Of a stretch of 24,135 nucleotides of DNA, positions 16,301 to 24,135 are shown piece after piece. The stretch's first letter is position 1; each line of letters opens with the position of its first letter. Under the pieces are notes generated by a model that was given only the letters and a program-made list of their open reading frames with translations, was not told the origin of the DNA and searched no databases. The position numbers and the translations under genes are program-made. Source of the stretch: Ignavibacteriota bacterium (GTDB taxonomy: Bacteria; Bacteroidota; Ignavibacteria; Kapaibacteriales; UBA2268); NCBI GenBank assembly GCA_043743005.1, contig JAYTXK010000213.1:1-24135 (forward strand), read 5' to 3'.

Positions 16301-17809
16301 ATGCAAATATATAAATATCTTCAGTTTCTTTTGATTTCAATATTAAGTTCTTCTAATTTAATTTGTGAATGGAATATACAAACTTTTAAGCCAATTAATG
16401 ATAGTTTGGTTTTAATGTCAATTGGTTCAATGAGATTAGATGAGTCTAAATCATTTTTAATGTGTGGACAAATACTGACAAATAAAAACCTTAAATATGA
16501 AGCAGAGCATCCATACATTTCAAAAATAAATGTAAATGACTTAACTAAGCAAACATATCTTAATACTGATTTTCAAAATAAACAAATTTTTAGAACATAT
16601 AAAACTAGCTTGTCTTACTTAAATAATGATGGGCTTGGGATATTTGATGTAAATACTTTAGAAAAAAAACTATTTAAAATTGGAGATAAATTTGATAATA
16701 AAATTGTATTTCCTAAAGATGGGTCTATTAATAGTACCTTGCAATATGATAGAGAATTTAGAAACTTACTGATTGATAATGATACAATTTTTATTACTTC
16801 CAAAGCACGTGAAATTGATCAGGCACAACTTTTAGGTAGTACTCCTTATATTCATATTGCTAATCTATGGAATGAAATATGGAAATTTAATCAAAATAAT
16901 TTTACTTTATTGTACAGGGATTCTGTTTCTTTGGGTTTGAGTTCTGCATACCCATTAGATTTTATTAAATACAAAAATGGTGAGTTTGTTTTATCTTCAA
17001 ATAAAACTTTTATTTCCAAAGGTTCTTCATTGTATAAAATAACTAATTCATTCAAATGGGAAAGCCTTCCAGAAGTTGATTCTGTAAAAGTAATGGCAGA
17101 AGCAAATTGTACTAGTATTCTTTCAATAGGTAATAAACTATATGCAAAATACCTCTCTTCAACCGATAGATTGGTAAATGATGTAGTAAAGAAATATGGT
17201 TTTGTGCCTGCTATGTTTGTAGTTTATGAAAATGAGACTCCAATTGATGCAATGCCACTTTCATTAGTTAGCTTTGATGGATCAATGAGTGAAAAATATT
17301 CAAATCCAAATTTTGACATAAACCCAATTATTAATTACAAAGGTTACATTTTCATAGTTGGCTCAAATAACATTTACATTTATAAAAACAACAAACTATC
17401 AATTGTTGATATTAATAATGGTAAAGGATTGATTGGAGTGGGTGCAAATCCTAAATTAGCTCTTCATGGACAAGTTTTAATAAATGAAAAGGGTGTATTT
17501 ATTATTAATAGGGATTCAACTTACAATTATCAAATTCTTTATAATAGAGATATTGAAGGAATTATAGCATCTACTGGAATTGACAATGAAATTGATACAA
17601 AAGAATATTTTAATATTATAAACAAAAATATTAACTTTATTCAACAAGCAGATTCTTATACTATTTATGACCTTAACTGCAAAATACTTGCTAATAAAGT
17701 CAATCCGAATTTAATTGAACCATTACCTGAAATGGGAAATGGTATTTACTTCATACTTGCTCAATATGGAAAAACATATTATTCAAGTAAAATTTTAATC
17801 ACAAAATAA
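16301..17809 (+). CDS. Secreted hypothetical beta-rich protein with a divergent T9SS-like C-terminal domain
   Basis: Hydrophobic N-terminus MQIYKYLQFLLISILSSSNLIC; C-terminus YTIYDLNCKIL...GNGIYFILAQYGKTYYSSKILITK. Confidence 0.7.
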   Translation: MQIYKYLQFLLISILSSSNLICEWNIQTFKPINDSLVLMSIGSMRLDESKSFLMCGQILTNKNLKYEAEHPYISKINVNDLTKQTYLNTDFQNKQIFRTYKTSLSYLNNDGLGIFDVNTLEKKLFKIGDKFDNKIVFPKDGSINSTLQYDREFRNLLIDNDTIFITSKAREIDQAQLLGSTPYIHIANLWNEIWKFNQNNFTLLYRDSVSLGLSSAYPLDFIKYKNGEFVLSSNKTFISKGSSLYKITNSFKWESLPEVDSVKVMAEANCTSILSIGNKLYAKYLSSTDRLVNDVVKKYGFVPAMFVVYENETPIDAMPLSLVSFDGSMSEKYSNPNFDINPIINYKGYIFIVGSNNIYIYKNNKLSIVDINNGKGLIGVGANPKLALHGQVLINEKGVFIINRDSTYNYQILYNRDIEGIIASTGIDNEIDTKEYFNIINKNINFIQQADSYTIYDLNCKILANKVNPNLIEPLPEMGNGIYFILAQYGKTYYSSKILITK

Positions 17810-17822
17810 AGGAAATTAAAAA

Positions 17823-18408
17823 ATGAAAAAGATTATTTTATTCTTACTAATTATACTCAGTTACATTTTCTGAGGATAAATCAAAAATTCCTACATTCAA
17901 ACCCACATTTATTTATGAAAGACCTGATGGTTCTGAATACGCTAAAATTGATGGAGTTGAAGGGTGGGTAATTTTAAAACCTTCCCAAAAACCAAATCCA
18001 TTTTTTAGTACAGTTGATATTCCTAATCAAAATAAAATTAAGAAAAATGAAAAAGGTGAAACTATTATAGATGTTTTCGAAACAACTCCACTTAATCCTA
18101 GTGTATCAACAAATAATAGTTCATTTATTGATAGAACTTTTCCATTGGACTTGAGAACTGTAAAAATTTTCCCCAATCCATCAACTGAAAATTCTTCAAT
18201 TAGTATAAATTTAACTAATGAAAAAAATGTAAAAGTAGAATTATTTACAACAACAGGTAAATTTGTAGCCTTAGTTCAAGAAGGTTTATTACCACTCGGA
18301 GAAAACACCATACTAATTCCATCAAATAAATATTATAACGGGAACTATTTAGTTTCAGTTTCGATTGATGGTGCAAAACGAATGGAAGCAATTAAAATAG
18401 TAAAATAA
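17823..18408 (+). pseudogene. Small secreted T9SS-CTD protein with a +1 frameshift in the signal peptide (about 194 aa if repaired)
   Basis: ATG 17823 reads MKKIILFLLIILSYIF* (TGA 17871). The +1 frame is open from 17851 (LYSVTFSEDKSKIPTFK...) through to the ORF-track fragment 18145..18408 (IFPNPS...YNGNYLVSV...IKIVK). Removing one base near 17853 gives MKKIILFLLIYSVTFS-EDK. Confidence 0.8.
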
Positions 18409-18422
18409 AATTCATAATATTG

Positions 18423-18462
18423 AAGCTGTTCTTAAATGCAATAATGAGAGAACAGCTTTTTT
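18423..18462 (+). terminator. Intrinsic terminator after the T9SS gene pair
   Basis: AAGCTGTTCT (18423-32) pairs with AGAACAGCTT (18449-58), followed by TTTT. Confidence 0.7.
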
Positions 18463-18583
18463 AATGATTACTCCCAAGCCAAAAGAATTCAATATTTTGT
18501 AACTACAAAATTTGGAATTATAGCTAAGTTTTGATTTTATATACACAATTATTTCTTTTAATTTTTAATGTTTTAATATTCAG

Positions 18584-18634
18584 CTTATAAGTCTGCTTAA
18601 TTTTTAATAAAATAAAAAAATTACTTATAAGTCT
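18584..18634. promoter_or_regulatory. Two CTTATAAGTCT boxes (palindromic core CTTATAAG) upstream of the TA pair; candidate operators
   Basis: Identical 11-mers at 18584-18594 and 18624-18634 (40-nt period). Function inferred. Confidence 0.45.
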
Positions 18635-18658
18635 TAATTGAAAATAATGGAGAATTGT

Positions 18659-18859
18659 ATGTCATTTACAGAAATTATTGACTCAGTTGAAACTTTAAGT
18701 ATAGATGATCAGATTGAAATTGCTAGAATTATTACTAGTAGATTAATCGATATTAAAAGAAATGAAATCTATAATAATTGGCAATCTTCAATATCGGAAT
18801 ATCTAAGTAATAAAATTAAAGCTTTACCTTATGAAAGTGCAATTTTAGAATTGGAATAA
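18659..18859 (+). CDS. Putative type II antitoxin (66 aa)
   Basis: ATG 18659 after GGAG; small acidic helical protein (MSFTEIIDSVETLSIDDQIEIARII), 2 nt upstream of a RelE-family toxin. Confidence 0.65.
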   Translation: MSFTEIIDSVETLSIDDQIEIARIITSRLIDIKRNEIYNNWQSSISEYLSNKIKALPYESAILELE

Positions 18860-18861
18860 AA

Positions 18862-19140
18862 ATGAATATTGTCTTTTCATCAACTTTTAAAAGAGCATTT
18901 AAACATTTTACAAAAAATAATTCTGAATTAAGAATACAAATTTTAAAAGTTATTGAAAAACTATCTAAAGACCCATTTAATATTCAACTGAAAACTCATA
19001 AATTGAGTGGTAATCTTTATGGTCTTTATTCTTGTAAATGTGGATTTGATTGTAGAATTATATTTGAAATATCAAGAAATGAAAAAAACGAACAAGAACT
19101 TCTGATTGTAGATATTGGAACTCATGATACTGTTTATTAA
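18862..19140 (+). CDS. RelE/ParE superfamily toxin (YafQ-like mRNA interferase)
   Basis: SSTFKRAFK, LKTHKLSGNL, DCRIIF, C-terminal DIGTHDTVY. Confidence 0.88.
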   Translation: MNIVFSSTFKRAFKHFTKNNSELRIQILKVIEKLSKDPFNIQLKTHKLSGNLYGLYSCKCGFDCRIIFEISRNEKNEQELLIVDIGTHDTVY

Positions 19141-19173
19141 TAATAACATCATTTTTAGATTTTATTACACTTC

Positions 19174-20142
19174 CTATATAGTATAACTATCAGAAGGATA
19201 TAGTTTGTTCTTATTATCAAAGCACAAAGCATATTCAAATCCTTTTTGTAAAGAATAAGCTCCATATTCTCCTGATTTGCTTAATGCTAAAAATCCTACT
19301 TGGAAATCTTTGTAGTCTTTTTGTTTTCTTGCAATTCTTTCAACAGCAATTTTGCAAGCCTCGTTTGGAGATTTCCCATTTCGCATTAATTCTACAATCA
19401 TTGCACTACCAGCTATTTTAATAACTGCTTCGCCTTTGCCAGTAGCACAAGCACCACCCACTTCATTATCCAAAAATAACCCTGCTCCAATAATAGGGGA
19501 GTCGCCAACTCTTCCTCTTAGCTTATATGCCAAGCCACTTGTAGTGCAAGCACCACTTATATTCCCATTATTATCAATTGCCAACATTCCAATTGTATCA
19601 TGATGGTCTTTGTCGATTTTCAAATATTCATTAGTTTTTTTCCAATCCAACCAAGCCTTTTTTGAACTTTCAGTTAGCAAATTTTCTTTTTTAAATCCAT
19701 TATCTAAAGCAAATTTCAAAGCACCATCTCCAGCCAGCATTACATAAGGAGTTTTTTCCATTACTTTTCGAGCAACTGAAATAGGGTGCATAATATTTTC
19801 TAAAAAACAAACTGAACCACAATTGCCTTCTTCGTCGATAATACAAGCATCGAGAGTTACATTTCCATCTCTATCAGGTAAGCCACCATAACCTACACTC
19901 GATACATTTGGGTCAGCTTCTGATACTCTAACTCCCATTTCAACTGCATCTAATGCTCTTCCTCCATTGGATAATACTTTCCAAGCTTCTTCATTGGCAG
20001 CTAATCCATGGCTCCAAGTAGAGATTACAATTGGCTTTTTAAATTCTGATTTGCTTAAAACATTTAAGTTATTTATATTTGATGCTAATGCTACACTAAA
20101 AGTTGAAAGAATTGAATTTGAGAGAAATTTTCGACGTTCCAT
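19174..20142 (-). CDS. aspG: N(4)-(beta-N-acetylglucosaminyl)-L-asparaginase (glycosylasparaginase, Ntn hydrolase), Tat-exported
   Basis: Tat motif ERRKFL; PIVISTW, ALDAVEMG, SVGYGGLPDRDGNVTLDAC, autocleavage site HD|TIG, GRVGDSPIIGAG, ATGKGE. Confidence 0.92.
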   Translation of the reverse strand: MERRKFLSNSILSTFSVALASNINNLNVLSKSEFKKPIVISTWSHGLAANEEAWKVLSNGGRALDAVEMGVRVSEADPNVSSVGYGGLPDRDGNVTLDACIIDEEGNCGSVCFLENIMHPISVARKVMEKTPYVMLAGDGALKFALDNGFKKENLLTESSKKAWLDWKKTNEYLKIDKDHHDTIGMLAIDNNGNISGACTTSGLAYKLRGRVGDSPIIGAGLFLDNEVGGACATGKGEAVIKIAGSAMIVELMRNGKSPNEACKIAVERIARKQKDYKDFQVGFLALSKSGEYGAYSLQKGFEYALCFDNKNKLYPSDSYTI

Positions 20143-20225
20143 AATTGACTTTTTTAATATTTATTCTAAAATTGAATTTAAATTTAAGATTTATTTAGTA
20201 AATAATATTATTATTTTTCAAAATT

Positions 20226-20233
20226 CAAAATTA
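20226..20233 (-). promoter_or_regulatory. -7 box TAATTTTG upstream of the glycosylasparaginase gene
   Basis: CAAAATTA on the plus strand, 83 nt upstream of the start at 20142. Confidence 0.4.
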
Positions 20234-20303
20234 AAATCAAGTTAAATCGTATAAAAACATTAGAGTTGGATAACTTATACTATTTTAAGTATATAAAATT
20301 CGT

Positions 20304-20311
20304 TATATTTG
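20304..20311 (+). promoter_or_regulatory. -7 box TATATTTG upstream of the large T9SS gene
   Basis: TAnnTTTG match 28-40 nt before the possible starts (20340 or 20352). Confidence 0.5.
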
Positions 20312-20339
20312 CTGAAATAAAAAAATTATAATTATATTA

Positions 20340-23300
20340 TTGGGGAAAATTATGACACTTTTTAACAATTTGAAAAAGGCAATTTACTTTAATTTGCTAC
20401 TTGTATTAGCATTGATTACTATAAATACAAATAATAAGGCAAGTGGTCAAGATGCTTTTGGAATATTACCTGGTCCTGATGGTGGTGAGATTAAAGTACT
20501 TGCTATCAATTCTCTTGATGCCATAATAGCTGGTACTTGGGGTAATGGCATTATGCGTTCTATCAGTGCTGGTGCCACTTGGACTAACATTAATACTGGT
20601 TTGACAAATATGTATATAACTGATATTAAAATTGGTCCCCAAAATGTTTTTTATGCTTCTACTTGGGGTGGTGGTGTATTCAAATCAGTAGATAATGGGA
20701 ACACTTGGACTGAACAAAATTCAGGTATAAGCAATCTTAAAGTAAAATGTTTGTTTATCAAAAATAAAGATACAATATTTGCTGGTACTTATGGCAATGG
20801 CATTTATAGGTCAGTCAATGCAGGTGCAACATGGCAAGCCATTAATGCTGGCTTAACATACCAAGATGTTAATTGCATAGGCATAACTCGTGCTGGTACT
20901 TTGCTAATAGGAACTTATGGTGGTGGGCTATTTCTATCTACGAATAATGGAGATACTTGGAAATATAATAATGGTGGAATTGGTTCTAAATATATTAATA
21001 CATTTTATCTTCGTTTAAAAGATAGTGTTACTGTTGCTGCTACTAATGGTGATGGTTTATATTCTACTGATAATGATGCAAAAAGTTGGGGTGAATTTCA
21101 AGATGCTTCGGCTTCAAATTTAACAGATCAAAATATTACTTGTTTGACAACAATCTTTTCAAAAGGTATTCACGAATTTGTGGTAGGTACAAGAGCTAAA
21201 GGAGTACAATATTATACTTCAGTTAGTTACGACCAATATAGACCTTCAAGTATAATTGGTGGTGGTGTAAATGCGATTGTAAAAAGTTCGAATGGTGATT
21301 TATACGCTGCAACTCCTCGTAAAGGACTTTATAAAAGTACTGATAATGGAGTAATTTGGACTTATGTTTCTTGGAATTTCAACCAAACTTTACATGTTTA
21401 TAAATTATTTAAACCTAAGGGCAACTTAATGTTTGCCTCTGCAAAAGATGGTGGTTTGTTCCGTTCAATAGATCGTGGTGAGAATTGGTCATTATCAGGG
21501 TTTGCTGGATTGAAAATTCAAGATTTAATTATAACAAATGTTAATAGAGTACTTGTTGAAATTAACCAAGCTGCTGCTGACCCTATGTGGTCATCTTTGG
21601 ATAGTGGCAAGACTTGGTCAAAAAATTCCGGAGCAGCCGATACAGTTTTAAGCATAGTTGAATTATCAAATAATGATATATTAGCTTTTTATTTTAGGCA
21701 ACCTGCAGTTTCTCCACCAACTCAACCAGACCCAAGAGTTAGAGTAAAGAGATCTGTTGATGGAGGAATAACATTTACAGAAGTATTACCTTCTCCAAAT
21801 ATTAAAGGAAATATTGCAAAATTTATTCAAAGACCAAATGGTACTATTTTTGGTTACACTTCATTGATTGGTGTACCTTCCTTGTATAAGTCTTTAAATA
21901 ATGGGGCAAGTTATACCAACTTAAGCTCCTTTACAGCCACTGTTACAGCACAGGATATAAAATCATCACCTGATAATTCATTGTATTTTGCAACAGATCA
22001 GGGGCTTTTCAAATCTGTAAATGATGGACTAACTTGGCCCCTAAATAATTTAGGTTTTGTTTACCCTAATACATCAACTTTACCAGACATTAGTTCATTT
22101 GCAATAAAATCTAATAGTGAATTGTATGCTGCTATTCAAAATTCTGATGGGTTTTATAAAACTAATGATGCCGGTTTAAACTGGGATTCTTTAAATAGTA
22201 GCTTTAGTGTTGCAGATGTGCAAGCAGTTACTTTAAATGCTGATAATGATGTTTATATTTCTACTTCTTCTCTTTATAGAATGGTCAATCCAAGTTCTAT
22301 GGGTGTTCCAAGTTTGAATTCCCCGCTTGATATGAAAGCTGGTGTTGATTTAAATCCAAGCTTTACTTGGACAGCTTCAACAAAAGCTGATATGTTTGAA
22401 TTAGAATTATCTCAATCGGAAAACTTTGATTATGCTAATTTATTTTTTACTCAAACTCCAACAGAATTAACTGTTTACGATAGTTTACAATTTAATACAA
22501 AATATTATTGGAGAGTGAGAGGTAAAAATAATGGTTCTTATAGTGATTGGTCAATTTCAAGACAATTTGCAACCAAATTAGCTCCTCCTCAATTGGCATC
22601 TCCAATAAATAACAAAAGAGGTGTAAGAGTATTACCTCAATTGTCAGTACGTCCAGTTGAAAGCTCTTCAAGCTATACAGTACAAGTTTCTAATAGTAAT
22701 TCATTTACAACTATTGCTTTTAATGGAGCAGCAAACGATACAACAATTATAGATTCAACAATTGAATTAAAAGCATTAACTGATTATTGGTGGAGAGCAA
22801 AAGCATCAAGCTCTATTACCTCAAGCGATTGGTCTTATTCTTGGAAATTTAGAACTACAGTTGATAGACCAAAACTGAAAGAGCCATTTAATAATTCTAT
22901 ATATGAAAATACTGATTTTATAGCTAAGTGGGATACTGTAAATGAAGCTACTTCTTATGAATATCAAATTGCGTTAGATACAATATTTGTTAATATTATT
23001 AACTTTGGACAATCAAGTGATTTGGACAATACTCCATTTAAAAACTTAGAGTTTAATATTAAATACTATTGGAGAGTAAGGGGTAGAAATAGCGAGGGTA
23101 CTGGTGAATGGTCTCAAGCTTGGAATTTTAAAACATCGGTACAAGCTCCTAAGTTAGTTGCTCCAGATAGTGGTTTGGTAAATATGCCATTAAGTGCTAT
23201 TTTTAGATGGGGATCGGTTAAAAATGCTGTAAAATATCATTTGCAAGTCTCAGAAAAATCTGATTTTTCAAGCATATTTTATGAAAGCTCAACTATTACA

Positions 23301-23987
23301 GCCTTAGAACAACAAGTTAAAGGTTTTAATAAATACACTATTTACTATTGGAGAGTAAGTGCAAAAGATAATTTATATGAAAGTCCATTTAGCAAAGCTT
23401 GGACAATCAAAACTCTTATGGATACTACAAGACTTGAATTACCTTTGAATAATGCTAAAGATGTTGCACAAAATATTTTTTTAGAATGGTTGCCTACAAA
23501 AGGTGCTATAACTTATAAATTGCAAGTTTCAAGAAATGATTCATACACAGATTTAAGATATGATGACTCGACTTTAACTTTCAATAAAAAAGATTTTAAT
23601 TTTGGTAATGACTCTACATTTTGGTGGAGAGTAAAAGCCAAATCAATAGATGGTGCAAATGAATGGTCTGAAAGATGGAGTTTCAAAACAGTTAAGATAG
23701 TTGGTGGAAGTGTAGAAGATGATATAGCTTTATCCACTTTTAATGTATATCCTAATCCTTTTGATGAAAGCTTAACCATTAACTTTAGTTTGATTAAAGA
23801 TGCAAAAGTACAAATTAAAGTAATTGATGTGGCTGGAAGTGAAATAGCTATTTTAAAAGATAGTTATCTATTAAATGGAGAGCAAAAAATTGAATGGAAA
23901 CCATTTGCTATAGCGAAAGGTACTTATTTCTTGCAAGTGAAAATTGGAGATAGTTCGAGCTTAAGAGAAATTAAGTTTGGTAAATAA
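20340..23987 (+). CDS. Large secreted protein: Asp-box (BNR/VPS10-like) beta-propeller, five Fn3-like modules, T9SS C-terminal domain
   Basis: Signal peptide (alternative ATG 20352); repeated SxDxGxTW Asp-boxes; five PxLxxPxN...Y(Y/W)WR(V/A) modules; CTD VYPNPF...KGTYFLQVK. Confidence 0.88.
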   Translation: MGKIMTLFNNLKKAIYFNLLLVLALITINTNNKASGQDAFGILPGPDGGEIKVLAINSLDAIIAGTWGNGIMRSISAGATWTNINTGLTNMYITDIKIGPQNVFYASTWGGGVFKSVDNGNTWTEQNSGISNLKVKCLFIKNKDTIFAGTYGNGIYRSVNAGATWQAINAGLTYQDVNCIGITRAGTLLIGTYGGGLFLSTNNGDTWKYNNGGIGSKYINTFYLRLKDSVTVAATNGDGLYSTDNDAKSWGEFQDASASNLTDQNITCLTTIFSKGIHEFVVGTRAKGVQYYTSVSYDQYRPSSIIGGGVNAIVKSSNGDLYAATPRKGLYKSTDNGVIWTYVSWNFNQTLHVYKLFKPKGNLMFASAKDGGLFRSIDRGENWSLSGFAGLKIQDLIITNVNRVLVEINQAAADPMWSSLDSGKTWSKNSGAADTVLSIVELSNNDILAFYFRQPAVSPPTQPDPRVRVKRSVDGGITFTEVLPSPNIKGNIAKFIQRPNGTIFGYTSLIGVPSLYKSLNNGASYTNLSSFTATVTAQDIKSSPDNSLYFATDQGLFKSVNDGLTWPLNNLGFVYPNTSTLPDISSFAIKSNSELYAAIQNSDGFYKTNDAGLNWDSLNSSFSVADVQAVTLNADNDVYISTSSLYRMVNPSSMGVPSLNSPLDMKAGVDLNPSFTWTASTKADMFELELSQSENFDYANLFFTQTPTELTVYDSLQFNTKYYWRVRGKNNGSYSDWSISRQFATKLAPPQLASPINNKRGVRVLPQLSVRPVESSSSYTVQVSNSNSFTTIAFNGAANDTTIIDSTIELKALTDYWWRAKASSSITSSDWSYSWKFRTTVDRPKLKEPFNNSIYENTDFIAKWDTVNEATSYEYQIALDTIFVNIINFGQSSDLDNTPFKNLEFNIKYYWRVRGRNSEGTGEWSQAWNFKTSVQAPKLVAPDSGLVNMPLSAIFRWGSVKNAVKYHLQVSEKSDFSSIFYESSTITALEQQVKGFNKYTIYYWRVSAKDNLYESPFSKAWTIKTLMDTTRLELPLNNAKDVAQNIFLEWLPTKGAITYKLQVSRNDSYTDLRYDDSTLTFNKKDFNFGNDSTFWWRVKAKSIDGANEWSERWSFKTVKIVGGSVEDDIALSTFNVYPNPFDESLTINFSLIKDAKVQIKVIDVAGSEIAILKDSYLLNGEQKIEWKPFAIAKGTYFLQVKIGDSSSLREIKFGK

Positions 23988-24011
23988 GCATAAGCGATTT
24001 TGATATTAATT

Positions 24012-24046
24012 AACTGTTTCTTATTATTTTAAGAAACAGTTTTTTT
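24012..24046 (+). terminator. Intrinsic terminator after the large T9SS gene
   Basis: AACTGTTTCTTA-TTATTT-TAAGAAACAGTT followed by TTTTT. Confidence 0.8.
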
Positions 24047-24135
24047 ATATAATTTTTTAATTGAATAAAGATTTGATGTACAAAAAAACAATAACAAAGC
24101 AAATTGAAAGCCGAACGTGAATTCGGTATATCTAC

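Noticed and set aside
14198-16803. Short ORFs 14198..14419, 16321..16518 and 16615..16803
   Set aside because: Alternative-frame or antisense overlaps of well-supported genes.
19352-23779. ORFs 19352..19603, 19967..20245 and 23513..23779
   Set aside because: Antisense shadows of the asparaginase and the large T9SS gene.
24105-24135. Hairpin CCGAA-CGTGAA-TTCGG and a possible TTG start (LKAEREFGIS) at the right edge
   Set aside because: Too little sequence remains to distinguish a gene start, an RNA element or chance.

Overview
Very AT-rich (by eye about 25-30% GC) bacterial chromosomal segment. It is most consistent with the Bacteroidota/Ignavibacteria/Kapabacteria radiation: five genes carry T9SS-type C-terminal domains, there is a DUF2795 gene, and TAnnTTTG promoter boxes recur. 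Housekeeping content: tRNA-Val(TAC), tRNA-Leu(CAA), an MFS transporter, an alpha/beta hydrolase, an OlsF-like bifunctional acyltransferase, two tandem AhpD-like proteins, an MscS channel and a Tat-exported glycosylasparaginase. Interspersed defence/selfish modules: (i) a three-gene locus of an SPPY amino-methyltransferase fused to a degenerate staphylococcal-nuclease-like domain, an unannotated ORF with a GIY-YIG nuclease motif pattern, and an MjaI-family endonuclease; (ii) a C5-methyltransferase plus NgoFVII-family endonuclease cassette bracketed by a 49-bp direct repeat (48/49 identical) that contains a promoter-like box; (iii) a RelE/YafQ-type toxin-antitoxin pair; (iv) a heptad-repeat PD-(D/E)xK (DUF3782-like) protein. 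Two T9SS cargo genes are broken, one by an in-frame TAA plus 5' truncation and one by a frameshift in its signal peptide. Family assignments come from motif reading and recalled family knowledge; no database searches were run.
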